A DNA stretch of 64,000 nt from Chara braunii (Eukaryota; Plantae; Charophyceae): NCBI GenBank assembly GCA_003427395.1, contig BFEA01000038.1, positions 151,242 through 215,241 on the forward strand. Direction: 5' to 3'. How positions within the stretch are numbered: position 1 is the stretch's first letter; every line of letters starts with the position of its first letter. The notes under the pieces are model-generated. The model ran no database searches. It saw only the letters and a list, made by a program, of their open reading frames with translations, and had not been told where the DNA came from. This document shows, one piece after another, positions 36,147 to 49,496 of this stretch. The translations under genes were made by a program, and so were the position numbers.

Positions 36147-38716
36147 GAAATAACAAACAAAAAGAAAGTTCAGCACGGGTGGATTCGTGAGGCTGACGGC
36201 TGTTCTTGCACATTACATGGCCTTAACCGCCAGTACACGACCCCAGCCTTGCAAGATTTCTTCACACCGCGGTTCAACCAGCTATGAGCCATTCGCCCGG
36301 CGTCACCACCGACTCCAAGACCTCTCCGCCCTCCTCCCCCTTACATGCATCCTTGCTTTCTCGTCTCCGCAGCTATAAATCTCACAAGCGCGGTTCTCTT
36401 CTTATCTCTTATGCTATCTGCTAGTGCAGGAAGGGTGGTTACACAGTGGTGATTAACAGATCGAATAGTCTCCATGGTTTGGTAGTGACTCTGCTAGATC
36501 GCGTCAAGTCGCTGTGACGAACTGCAGAACCTCCTGAGTGGATCAGCGCAGGGGTCGGATAGACAGAGTGACAATCACTAGGATTGATCACAGGGTGCGC
36601 AACCACGGACTGTCGTCGTCGTTCAGGCGATGGTGATGGATGGTGGACGTCGATGAGCATGCCACATGCACGAGAGCGGGGTAATTTGCTTCCCCTGGTT
36701 ATTCGTCTATATCTCTCTGAGAAGCAAAGCGGAACCGGGCCGCCGTTGATGAATTGAATTGGCGGCCTGTTTTCCATTTCGGGCCTTTTTTTCCTCCCAC
36801 GGCCGATATGTGAGAAAGGTACTCAGCGCCCCTAGCATTCACTCGGGTTCTTCAGGAGAAAAAAAAAAAAAAAAAANNNNNNNNNNNNNNNNNNNNNNNN
36901 NNNNNNNNNNNNNNNNNNNNNNNNNNNNNNNNNNNNNNNNNNNNNNNNNNNNNNNNNNNNNNNNNNNNNNNNNNNNNNNNNNNNNNNNNNNNNNNNNNNN
37001 NNNNNNNNNNNNNNNNNNNNNNNNNNNNNNNNNNNNNNNNNNNNNNNNNNNNNNNNNNNNNNNNNNNNNNNNNNNNNNNNNNNNNNNNNNNNNNNNNNNN
37101 NNNNNNNNNNNNNNNNNNNNNNNNNNNNNNNNNNNNNNNNNNNNNNNNNNNNNNNNNNNNNNNNNNNNNNNNNNNNNNNNNNNNNNNNNNNNNNNNNNNN
37201 NNNNNNNNNNNNNNNNNNNNNNNNNNNNNNNNNNNNNNNNNNNNNNNNNGGCCAGTCCGAGTGGATGGCAGTCTTCAGAAGCAGAGCTTAAACAGCTGTT
37301 GCCAGAAACACAGAGAAGGCAGCGGAACAAAAGCGGACATATGCGAAGTCGTACAATCTCCCTGGGACAGAGTCCGCGGAAGAATGGAAGGCGAACGAGG
37401 GATTGGCTGCAGACAGGCTGAGACATCAAATCTAGTCAAAGTGGGCTGTTAATCCCCTGTGGAGGAGAGGGCAATGAATGTGGTCCATGTAAGGGCATAA
37501 TGTCATCATCCCCTTTTGTGGTGTAGAGGGACTCTAGGCCCGGTTCTCAGCACGTGCTACTCCTCACGAATAAGTTTGGAGCCATTTAATCGGGGTCACC
37601 TTCACCATAATCGGGCTTGCGTCCGTGTCTAAGGAACGCATGCTCGCACTGATGTTTCTCTGGAAAAAAAAAAAAAAAAAAAAGGAAAAAAAAAAACAAT
37701 TCTCGCCATTTCAAAAATTGTTTGCTTTTTTGTTTTTGTACAAAAAAAAAAAAAGGGCGACGGCCTTGAGATATCATCATCGAGCTCACTGGCCCCAGGC
37801 AATTCAGAAATAAAACCCAACTGTTTCTAGATTGTTTGCTTTGTGGTTCCACCCGTACTTGAAAATCCATTTCACGACTGCACGGGCCCACTACTTAACT
37901 TTTGTGAGGGACGCCAGGCTTCGTTTCCCAGCTTTATTATAATAATAAAGAAACAAATGTGGAAAGGGAAAAAAAAAAAAAAAATCCATTTCACGAACGA
38001 ATCCTTGAGAACGATGTCGCTTACACACACACAAAAAAAAAGGAAAAAAAAAAGCTGTGCATCAGGTTTTCAAGTTTCAGCCAATAGGGCACCACCACAT
38101 ATCAAATTAGGAGGAAGCCCTCTCCATTCCGACGCCTCAAACTTTCAAAGAACCTGATGATGTTCTTTGACGATCTGAACATTTTGAAATGTTCGTATTT
38201 TTCCAAAGAACCACAGGTAGCAGGGCCCCCACCGGTGACCCCAACCCCGCACCCTCAAGGGCCTCAACCAGCAGGGCAGGGTGCTAACATGCAACTACCT
38301 CCCTCCACCGAGACAGGTAACCTCCTTTCGCCAAGAGAGGTAGGTAGGTATGCTTGCAGGAGTCCCCGGTATAGCCTTAGGAGCAGTGATAGGTAGGCAG
38401 TGAAAGACGAAAGAATTTGAGACACGAACGGAAAACCAAAAATCTGAAAATTTCGCCTTGCGAGTCGCAAATCTTTTGAGAACGAGGGACCAGTCATTGG
38501 AGCCTTTTCACGTTCTTCAAACCAGGTTATCAAAGAGTGTTGACCGACCACCACTACCTTTCTCATATCCGGGGCCGCGGGCCTCCAAATTCAAAATTGG
38601 AGGCCAGGTGCCGCCCATGAACATTATCGACGGCCACACGGGGGCGGTTTTTTCAGATAATGGTCGTCGGTCGACGTGCAACTTCGCTTCACACTGAGAA
38701 ACATAGGAGTCCTTTA

Positions 38717-38910
38717 AACCACCAGTACTTGGCCCAGCTATCGGCTGCGGGCGATTCCCGTTAACGCGCCGGTAGTTGCAGGCTTCGGGGCACCGAACCA
38801 CAATGGCTGGAAGCGCCAGCCAAAATCAAAACAAAACGGTGCCCCGACGCCTCGGCAAAACTTGGCACGCAGGGGGTATCCCGGCTCGGCATCAATAGCT
38901 GGGCCAAGTG
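38717..38910. mobile_element. MITE, AACCACCAGTAC family (degenerate right end)
   Basis: TA|AACCACCAGTACTTGGCCCAGCTATCGG ... ATAGCTGGGCCAAGT. Confidence 0.6.
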
Positions 38911-39360
38911 GCCACCAGTACTTCCTAAAGTCGTGCCCGTATGCAAGCCACCATTTTAGGAAATGTACGTACGGGCCACTACAGGAGCGCCCAAATTCAT
39001 CCGACTAGAAACGTTGCGACTCTATTTTTTCTCCGCTGCGGATAGGTGGGCCAGGTTCTAGTGGTTCAACTGGAACAATTACCCGGCTTCGACACGAAAA
39101 GGAGTGAAATAAAGAGTAGCTTCTGGAAACATTGGTGTTGAAAATCTTAAAAAAACATGAGTTCCCAATTTTAAGAGAATTCCCGCTACGATAACAGATC
39201 CAACGGTGGGTGCTTCGGTATTGTTTTAGACATGTTCGGAACAATGTCGTAGTTCAAACGACATCCTCCACAAAAGAAGTCAAAATCGGCGCACCGCTGG
39301 AAATCGTGTCCGGTGTCCCGCACCACATCATGCCCAACAGCTATTCACCAAAAGCGGTTT

Positions 39361-39558
39361 TACACTACCTGGCCCAGCTATCGGCCGCGGCGCTTCCCAT
39401 ATCCGCGCCGCGCCATTTGGGCTTCGGCCTGCCGGACCGCATTGGCTGGAGGCCGCAGGCAAAACGAAAAAGAAAATTGCGACGGCGGTTCGGCAGGACT
39501 TGGCGCGCAGCATTGCTGGGAGGCTCGGATTCAATAGCTGAGCGAGGTACTGGTGGTT
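39361..39558. mobile_element. MITE, AACCACCAGTAC family (reverse-oriented relative of 60208-60410)
   Basis: The internal sequence aligns to the reverse complement of 60208-60410 and ends GTACTGGTGGTT|TA. Confidence 0.7.
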
Positions 39559-40698
39559 TAACTCGTTTTGTAATACAATCTCACAAAGGTTCTGCTGTAC
39601 ACCGACTCATCAGTGCTTTGGTTCCGTTGATTTCAGGTTGGGGAAACTCTAGTCAATTGAGAATGTTCTCAATCTTAAAAATGAATCCAAAAATTTTGAA
39701 TATCGTAGTCAAAGAAATTGGCGAACAATCACGAAAAAAAACGAAAAAAAAACAACAAAAAAGTACAAAAAAAAAATGCCTCAATTAGATCAATTTACAT
39801 ATTTCACGCAATTCCTTTGGTTATGTGTATTTTATTTGAGTTTTTGTGTTATTACGTAATAACGATGGATTACGGAAAATAAGTCGAATTCTCAAATTAC
39901 GAAAACAAATCTACTTTAAGTGAAGTTATTCATGAATGCCCAGGCCAAGTGTCAGGTCGGAAGAGCAAAGAGGATGCAGGACCGAATGCCTGAATCTACT
40001 CGCGTTTGTGGAGAGGTGCAGAAAGTCGAGATCGAAATGCTTTCCTGCATCTCTGCAGAAAACACATCCAGATTCAGGAGGAGCGAGCTTAATCCAATCC
40101 TTGTCGCCAGTGGGACCTCGCCCTAATTCAAAGATAACCAATTGGCTCCTCATCCCCAACAAGTGGGCCTTGCAGCACCGCACAAGAAACGAAAAACCGC
40201 ACCACAGAAAATAGAGGATCCGTCCGTTTACTACACCAGCCGTGCCGCCCGGGTCACCCTTTTCCCAGGCGGCCCAGCCGTGCAAGGACCAGGGAAGGCC
40301 CCAGCCAAAAAAAGACAAAAAAAAAAAAAAAAAATCTGACAAAAAGTAAAAAAAACTATGTTATGCAGAAAAAATAAACTGAACAACGTTTGCCTCAGGG
40401 TCACATCGAAATTCTTTACCAAATTTAAAATAAAAATTTAATTGCTACTTTTTTTTTTTTTTTTTTTGGCCCGGCCGGTCAAGCTGTCCCTGGCCACTCT
40501 TGTAGCCTAGGTAAAGAACGTATTTTGCCACCTACTGCGGCCAGATGCAGTTGTTTTCTTTTTTAACCGTTTCGTGTGCCGGGCGGCAAGGCCCAGTATC
40601 ACACCTAAAATTTTAAAGTTCTGATTAACCACATCATACTTGCCATTAACTATTTTTTTACTATTTAGTATTTTCAACCGGAATGTATATCACCCACC

Positions 40699-40770
40699 TG
40701 GCCGAGCTCAGTTGGCACGCTCCATGGACTGTTGAAATACAGACGACCGGCATTCAAATCCAGATGCAAT
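40699..40770 (+). other. possible tRNA-derived SINE head or tRNA pseudogene
   Basis: A-box-like GAGCTCAGTTGG and B-box-like ATTCAAATCC at tRNA-like spacing; no clean cloverleaf. Confidence 0.3.
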
Positions 40771-40925
40771 CAGGTGAATTTGGGAGAAGAATGTAGCTTA
40801 CATTACCTGTCGGAGACGGGGGGGGGCGGGGGGGGGGGAAGAAAAATAACAAAGCACATTTGGGAAACCGGGCCCAGCGTCCCTTATGAAATTTCAACAA
40901 TTTGGGGGAAAAAAAAAGTTGCCCC

Positions 40926-40957
<32 letters not shown>

Positions 40958-41008
40958 GCCATTGCCATTAGTCGGCTTGGGCTGTGCAGAAGAAATCCTG
41001 GAGAAGTG

Positions 41009-41045
41009 GTCCTTCGGGACATCCATTAAAGTGGGAACAACCCAG
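41009..41045 (+). pseudogene. U6 snRNA 5' fragment
   Basis: GTCCTTCGGGACATCCATTAAAGTGGGAACAACCCAG versus plant U6 GTCCCTTCGGGGACATCCGATAAAATTGGAACGATACAG. Confidence 0.5.
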
Positions 41046-41254
41046 TGTCTTCTTTTTTCTTTTTTTTTTCTTAAACAGAACATGAGCATAACCCTGCATT
41101 AAAAAAAAAAACAAAAACAAAGCGAAGCCGCATGTCACCACAAGAACAGGTTATGAAATTGCATTGCGAGGTAGGCTACCCGCCGGGCCGCCCGGGTATT
41201 GGGTGGCTAGCCCATGCAAGGACCAACGAAAGTCCCCAACAACAACAACAACAA

Positions 41255-41305
<51 letters not shown>

Positions 41306-41306
41306 N

Positions 41307-41341
41307 TCTCTTATACACATCTAGATGTGTATAAGAGACAG
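41307..41341. other. Nextera mate-pair junction adapter (library artefact)
   Basis: TCTCTTATACACATCTAGATGTGTATAAGAGACAG is two back-to-back Tn5 mosaic ends. Confidence 0.97.
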
Positions 41342-41385
41342 CGCTGGAACTGGTTTCAAGCATTTTTTATACAAAATCCGATTCT

Positions 41386-41440
<55 letters not shown>

Positions 41441-42539
41441 TACCAGAGTGGCCCGGGACCACTTGACCGGCCGGGCCAAAAAGGATTAAAATAAATAAAA
41501 ATAAAATTTTATTTTTATTTTGAAACTGGTAAAGAATTTCGATATGACCCTGAGGCAAAAGTTGTTCCGTTTATTTTTTTACCACGAGTACCCAGCCCCA
41601 GCTAGTTCGATGAGGAGCGTAAATTTGCCCTGCGGGACGAAAAAAAAACAAAGCGATGTGGGCCTGCTTTTGGCTAGCGCCGCCAGCCATTTCGGTCGGC
41701 ACCGAGCCCCGAAAGTTGCGCCGCATATGCGCAGCGACTCAGAAAAAACAGCTGTGCGGGGTGCTGGTAGTTAGACATCCCCATCCTTTAACAGTCCTTA
41801 ACGGAAGGGCCCTGAACCGGACCACATTCCTGCACAAAATGCACAGTGACTCTGAAAAAACAGCTGCGCGGGGTACTGGTAGTTTGACATCCCCATCCTT
41901 CCTTTAACAGTCCTTAACGGAAGGGCCCTGAACCTGACCACATTCCTGCAAATCTATGTCAGAAAAGGCTCCACAACACATACTTCCACCCCAAGGCGAA
42001 TCGTTCTCAGCAGTTCGAACAGAGGCGTTCGTGCAATAACGACCTGAACAGTCTCAACTAATGTTTTCATGGCATCTTCGATTCTTCATGCATTCCCATT
42101 ATATAGGGGTTCGCCGCACAGCTGATATACAGGCTTTCTAGGCTCCCCTTTACAAATGGAGGGCACGGGGAAAAGCTGATATATTAGGGTCTTGTTAACA
42201 GCTGAGTTATGAAGGCTGCTTTGGAAACAGCTGAATTGATCGCGCTTCCTCCACACGCCCCCCCCCCCCCCCCCCCCCCCCCAAAGAAAAACAATACCAC
42301 ATATCCTACAGACAAAGGGCTGTGTTTCACTGTACTGTCATCAACAACCCCACACAAAGCGCATCGATCCACGACTCACCAAGTGCGCTAATAGAGAATG
42401 AATATCCCGCTAGGACATGGGAAGATGCACTAACAATTTTTTTTGTCTTTTGTGCATGTGGTGAGTAGTGGAGCGAGGCCCATAGTCCGCAGACACATGC
42501 GTGTATTATACATACCGCCTCCCTTCCCGAGTACAACTT

Positions 42540-43360
42540 ACACTCGTTATAGCTGTATGTATTTGGAGCAGCTATCAGTCTAGATGCACCAAGAATGCCA
42601 GTGCTTTCTTCTCTCTTTAGCAGAAAAAAAAAACAGTACAGGCTCATACATGACACTCACTATAGCTGTATTTGGAGCAGCTATCAGTCTAGATACAGCG
42701 ATAATGACCGTATCTTCACTCTTTCACAGAAGACAGTAGAGGCTCATACATGACACGCTCACACATGACACTCATTATAGCTGTATTTGGAGCAACTATC
42801 GGTCTAGATACACCAATAATGACCGTGTTTTCTCTCTTCAGCAGAAGACAGTAGAGGCTCGTACNNNNNNNNNNNNNNNNNNNNNNNNNNNNNNNNNNNN
42901 NNNNNNNNNNNNNNNNNNNNNNNNNNNNNNNNNNNNNNNNNNNNNNNNNNNNNNNNNNNNNNNNNNNNNNNNNNNNNNNNNNNNNNNNNNNNNNNNNNNN
43001 NNNNNNNNNNNNNNNNNNNNNNNNNNNNNNNNNNNNNNNNNNNNNNNNNNNNNNNNNNNNNNNNNNNNNNNNNNNNNNNTGAAACTCATTATAGCTGTAT
43101 TTGGAGCAACTATCGGTCTAGATACACCAATAATGACCGTGTTTTCTCTCTTCAGCAGAAGACAGTAGAGGCTCATACATAACACTCATTATAGCTGTGT
43201 ATTTGGAGCGGCTATCAGTCTAGATACATGACGTGCTCACACATGACACTCATTATAGCTGTACTTGGTGCAGCTATGAGTCTTAGACTCTAGATACACA
43301 ACGATAATAACCGCATTCTCTCTCTTTGGCAGAAGACTGTCTGTAAAGGCTCATACAGGA
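42540..43360. repeat. ~100-120 bp minisatellite downstream of NOT1 (spans a gap)
   Basis: The unit CACTCATTATAGCTGTATTTGGAGCAGCTATCAGTCTAGATACACC...CAGTAGAGGCTCATACATGA occurs at least six times, one copy truncated. Confidence 0.9.
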
Positions 43361-44581
43361 TGCCAAGTCCAAACTTCCAATTTTCAATAAACACACGCAG
43401 CGCAGTACAGGCGCACATACCGCCATCGAAACACCTAAAAGATGCATGAATGCAGCATGTTCACAAAACAAAGCAAAAACAAAAAACTACAGTGCAAATC
43501 CAGTTTCATAGACGGTTACAAAAAAAAAAAAAAAAAAAACAACAACTATGGTACAGACTGCTACAGAGTCTACAGACCTGCTTTGCTTTGATACAAGCTT
43601 GCAATAGAGAACGGCCACTTTAACGAGAGCGTCGTCCTTTCAGGTAGTTTTAGACAAAGCCAATGGGAAACAGAGCCACTTTGGAACTATTGACGGTAGA
43701 AGCTCGAATCCAATCAACCATGGTTTTCCTTCTCTCGCCTTTCAAGACGGAAGTCGACAACTTAGAAAAAATCCAAAATCCTCTCCACATTGTGAATGGG
43801 CCTCTGCTTATCACAGGGGGGGGGGGTCCATTTGGGGGTGGAGGGAGAAATGGGGAGCAGGTAGCTCCTAGACCAATACGAGTTCCAAGACATGGACCAT
43901 GGAAAGCCGATCCTTATGGTGGCAGCGCAAGTGCGAACACGGCTTGAGATGCACGACGCTCGTGCACAGCGCTTACCTCCCTCGCAGAACCAAGTCTGAG
44001 CACGAACTTCTTCCGCAAATGAGCGCAAGGGGAGAAGGCAAGGCAGGCAAGGAAGAAGAGCTTTCCCCGCCGCTCGGCAATTCACAATACCCATTCACAA
44101 TGCTTGCCTACCTCGCATTGCCGACGAAGAGACTTCAGTTTGAGAGCCTCGGCAAGGAGGAAAGCGATAAAGAAGACTTTTCCAAGCGGCCGACCTTGGC
44201 CAGATCATCGCATAGGGGATGACACACTCCATTGTCCACCAGAAGATATGAACAAGCAGCAAATGAACACGAAGGTGCAATGTTTGCTACACATTCAACG
44301 ACAGTGAATATAGGAAAAAAGATAAGAATCCTCGCACCGGAAAGTGTCGAGAGTTGTCTCACTGATGTCAAAACACCACCCTGATAAGCCTAAAACAAAT
44401 CTACAAGCGACTGACGAAACAAACGCGATACCTTCGTGACCGTAGCCTGCATGGTGGCACGGACAGAACGGCGCTGGAAGTCCTCGCCGGCTGTCGGCTG
44501 CTTCGCCGCAAAGCTACCAAAGCCCCTTCGTTACCGTAGCCTGCACGGTTGCACGGACAGAAGGGCGCCGCAGAACTCCTC

Positions 44582-47500
44582 TCAGGCTCGCAGCTGCTCC
44601 GCTGTCAAACTCGCCATGCGTTCATCGTCTGGGGGTTTCACAGGCGGCGCCATACACGACCGTGCCACGGACTCGAACAGCTTCTCGATCTCCGGTGCGC
44701 AGCGGGTAAACCCATGGCTCCAGAAATTATATCGGGGGTTCTTGATAAGCTCGATGAACGTTATGAGAAGGCCCCACGGGTGTGGACGGTTGACGATGAG
44801 GCGCTCCAACAGCACACGGGTTATTTGCTCCTGGATGATCTCCTGGTTGGCATCCGCGAAAAGGTAGAGGAGAACGCAGGAGAAGTAATGTGTGTGATTG
44901 TTCGGATACCTCAGTTGATTGGCGATAGCATTGAGAAACAGGTAACGGCCATCGGTATCAAGGTCTGTGATGAGTTTCTGGAAGATATCAGTCGGCGCGC
45001 TCTGCGTGATCGACGGGGTCGGTGCGGCCATCTGCTGGGGCGACGTTTTACTCTGTAATTGCTGTATTGCCTGCATTCCAACATACAGAACCAAGGAGTT
45101 GACCAGAGGAACGTTGTACCTAGTCCCGCACTGCAGAGCCTCCTGAGGCGACAGCAACAAGCGTTGCTTGAGATCCGAGAGGAAAGTCGGTGGCTCCCTT
45201 GTCTTCAAGTACTCGTCTACGTCGCTTTTCATCTGCTTCATTCGCAAGGCCAGATCGACCTCTGACAGGATTCTCGGAGACTGGCTGATCTCGGGAAGGA
45301 GGTCGACCTTCAGGTTCGGCGTAAACGGATCAGGCAGGCGCATATTGCGAGGGAATGCGCTCAAAATGAGATTCCGCATCTGAATGCAGCTGGGAGGAAT
45401 GACATCACAAAAGCTGAAGTGATTGTCGCACAGGAACTCGGGGAAATCGTGGAGAAGCACAAGCAACACTCGAAGGGTACCCTTGTAAAGAAGTCGAACC
45501 GGCTCGCTCAGATCAGCGTTTCTCAGGTAGGGCTCCATGAATTTGAAAAGGGCAACCAGCAGCTTCTGAAACAACGGCCAACCCTTCTGTTGATTCGCTT
45601 GCAAAAGCTTTGACATGAGCATCCGATGGCTCACGAGTTCCAACCACGCAAAGCTGAAACCGGGCACCCGCAACGGCTGAAGTCCGTACAGCGCTGACCC
45701 GAAGGCTGTCAGAACAAGGAAATTGTTAGAGTCCAGATTGTTCGGGTCTGGCTGGTTGAAGTCCATGAACCAATTCACAAACAGCCGGAAGTATGGCCGC
45801 GGATTGAAGGACATTTTCTTCTCATCCGCATCTCTTAAGATCACCTTGAGCATCACACCGAGAACACGATTCAGGAGATTGACCTTAGACATTGCATTGT
45901 TCCCCGAAGGATCAACGTAGAACTTCACGAGGAGCACCACAAGCTTCGAGTACATGTCGATTGCTGTGAAGACCAAGGTCCCTTGGGAGCCGCCAGAGTT
46001 ATCGGCAGTGCTGAGAGAGTGGGCAACCGCCAGCTCCGTGAGGAGACGGAAAAAGCGGTCGGATATGTCATCTCCCTTGAGCAGCCCGGAGAGCTGAAGC
46101 CGCGATATGTACAGTGCATAAGCCTTCTCCCCACCGACCGGGGAGTCGCAAATCTGCGCCCAGTCCTCAAAGAGGGCGCCAACCTTTTCGCGCAGCCCAA
46201 CAGGGTCACCGGCTGCACCTTCCTGGTTCCCACCCTTCCCTTCCTCTTTCACAACAGCAGCCCTGCCTGAACCAGACTTCTTCTCGGCCTTCATTCGCCC
46301 TTTATCCTCCTTTGCTCCAACAGCGCCGTACTGCCCTCCATCCGACGTTGCCGAGTTCCTTGCAAGGTCGACAAGCTGCTGCAGCGATTCGTTCGAGTTT
46401 GGGCGCTGTGCGATCTTTGAAAGCGCATCTATAACATTAAAAAGCTCTGTCACATTCACGATTGGCTCCTGGACGATGCACGTCTTCACTAGATGGATTG
46501 CGAAATCTGTGGCATTGGCATTCCGTCCCCCATCCACCAGCTTCACCAAATGCAGGTTATACTCCGAGAGACTGATCAAACCCGAACGAATAAGCCCAAC
46601 CGTTACCTCCAGATTCAACTTCCTCTCTTCGTCCGAATAGATTACCCAGCTCGTGATCTCTTTCACCACACGCTTGCAGACCGTCCTTATTCCCTCCAGA
46701 ATAACAAGATGGACAGACAGGTGGAACTGGTGAAACTGGGTGCCACCATCCTCATAAAGCCGCTTGAACTCCATCTGGGCGATTGCAATAGCAGCTTCAT
46801 CTCTGCTAATGCACTGCGTTACGATTTCCGGAACGTCGGCCACCAGGGCTCTTATCTCGTGATCCGCTGGAAGAGCCGCATAAACCTGTTGTGAGACCTT
46901 GCCCACCAGCATGTCTATTTTAAGAGAGACAAGATGGTACTTCTCCATGGCCTCGCTGATACTCAGAATTGGCTCCACAGACCCTGCCCCTGCCTGATCA
47001 AGCGGGGATGCATTAGAGGGCCCCATAGACAGAGCTTTCGCTTGGGCAGGAATTTCCGCAGCAGAATCCATCATCACAGTCGGGCCCGTCGCTCCTGTAT
47101 GAAAGCCCAGTCCAAACCCCATGTCAGATAAGCTCCGAGTGTTTTGCTCTTGCTGCATGCCCGCAGCGGCTGCCAGAGGGAAGTTTGGTGATGCCCTCAT
47201 ATGCGGAGGGGGAGTGGCACGCCCGATATCCTCAAACATTCCTGCACTCATAGGCTGCATGCCAAGAGTCCCGATCGGCATTGACGCCAGATTCACACCT
47301 CCTACACCTTGCACGGTGGCAACCCCCATCTGCACAGGCCCATTAAACCCAGGCAAACTCTGCTGGACCATCTGGTTCAGGCTGTACGGCTGCAGAGGCA
47401 TCCGCCCTCCAGGGGCAGGTCCTGCATTGGCTGCGGTTGCAGGAGGAGCACCACCAGGCTGTTGCATATTAGGTGGTGACATCTGCTGAGGCGTGCTCGG

Positions 47501-49448
47501 TGACTGCCCAGCTTGCCAGTGAAGTCTCCCAAAGTCCTCGTAGACACGGTGCTGTGCCGGCGACAAGCATCCAAGCTTTGGCCTCAGAGCCTCCGGCAGT
47601 CTAGCGAGATTCGAGTACAGGGACTCGTAGTAAGCTGCACCAAGCGCATCGCGCTGCTGCCTCCGGCGAATGAGAGCAGCTCCCAGGTTCTCTTCCAAAT
47701 CCCTCAGCGCCTTCTCAGTTGCTGCTTTCTCAATCACAGCGCATCCAAGATCCAGATACTCGTTGGTTATCAGCTGAACTGCCTGCTCTAGTATCTCTCC
47801 AGACAGGCTTCCCTGGAGCAGGGTGCCCAGATTTAGATTCATCGCGTTCCTCAGCGGCTCCTTGCAAGTCACATGAGCCAGGCTGCCAGCCAAACTCGCC
47901 ACCATCAAATTTGCTGCCCGGTGTATACGTCCTTCCTCCGCCTCCAGAGCATAATCCTTCATCACCAGTTCCCTGGTCGTCATGCATGCAATAGTGACGC
48001 TCCTCTCCACTGCAGGTGATATGATCTCTCTGATTGCACGGTCCATTGCCTGCGGCACAATCCTTGGCAGTTGAAGCTGACTATGAAGCTGACTAAGCCC
48101 TGCCAGCTTCGAGTTATGCACAACCATCGATGCAAGATTGTTCGGCACAGCCATCTGTACCTGCAGTTGTTGTTGCATGTTGTATGCCGATTGCGCGACA
48201 TTAGCGTTTTGAACCATGCCTTGATTAGCCAAAGTCACACGCTCTGCCCCCACAACACCAGCCTTCTCTTCCACTTCTCCGGCTGTCTGCATCGGCAAGA
48301 CATGGGCAGCAGCCATAGAGGGTGCTTGCAAAGGTGCCCCGCCAGGAGCTGGCTGATGTGTGGCCATGGATCGAAGTCCGCCTCCAGCAGCAGAACCATC
48401 TGCTCCCGCACCATACTGGATCTGGTGGCCAATTGAGACTGCTGCTGCTGATGGGGTGGGTTCGGGCAGCGATGCTGCGTGAGCAATTCCTGCATCCTTG
48501 TTTGAGAAGTCGGGGTTGTTTTCCATTTCCCGAGGACGCCCCTTCAAGAGCTGTGTGGGCTTCAAGTCCTTCATGTCCACAGAAAGGTTTTTGAAAAGCA
48601 CCTCGATATCGAACTTGATGTTCATCTTCAGATTCGGCAGGTGAGCTATCTCGGCAAGAAGGTTCAAGATCCCCATCGTCCACGGATTTGGAGGCTGGTA
48701 AGCGATGCTCGCCTGGCATGGCTCCAGGATTTTCGATGTAAACGGAACAACAGCAATCATCGAACCCTTTTCGTAGGCCTCAATAAGGAGGGACTTGGGA
48801 TCAATCTCACGTGCCAACAGCGACTTGTTTCGACCGATGGTCAGTCTGCCAAGCCAGCTGCCGAGGTTCTTCAGCAGCGATCTCTCCTCTGAGCTCGACT
48901 TAATCAGCTCCGATCTGAGCAGAACCTTGCAGTTTTCGTAAGCCGCCTTGACTATCTCCTTCTGAAGGTTTTTCGAGTTAATTTTGTCCATGAACTTCAT
49001 GTACAGCTCGTGAAAGTTGGGCTCGATACTTGCCCTTTTCATCACCATGTACTGGGCAAACCAAGGGTAATACTGCTCCTTCAAGATGTCCATAAGCTCC
49101 TTGGACTTGCCATCAATATTCGCCAATGAGATGTTGTTGATGATGAATGCAACCTTATCTTGGACCTCCTGAGAGGGAACCTCGATAGGCGGTCCTTCCC
49201 GGCGCTCAGCAGCGGCAACGAGGGTCTCTATATTCAACGCATGTCCAAAGCCTGGAGTCTTCAACGAGCTCCGCATCACCCCTGCTGCTCCTGTTGGCTG
49301 TCCATTTGCTGTTAGCCTATGGACATGATCTTGGCCACCTCCGCTCCTTACCGGAACTATCACCTGCCTGCCCGCACCTATCGAAGCCAACATCTCTACT
49401 GGTGCAGTGTCCGGCGCAGCACCTTGTGGCTGCTGATGGGAAGTCTGT

Positions 49449-49496
<48 letters not shown>

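Larger units (their letters stand above)
40375..41570. repeat. inverted repeat pair (~130 bp; 40375-40508 and 41438-41570)
   Basis: TTTGCCTCAGGGTCACATCGAAATTCTTTACCA...GGCCACTCTTGTAGCC versus GGCTACCAGAGTGGCC...TGGTAAAGAATTTCGATATGACCCTGAGGCAAA. Confidence 0.75.

Noticed and set aside
41307-41341. Tn5/IS50 transposon end suggesting horizontal transfer
   Set aside because: It is the synthetic back-to-back mosaic end from library preparation.
42540-43360. Regularly spaced repeats resembling an array
   Set aside because: The whole unit is repeated with no unique spacers, so it is an ordinary minisatellite.
43519-43539. Poly(A) tract as a retrogene tail for NOT1
   Set aside because: Wrong strand: it reads poly(T) in the NOT1 sense direction.
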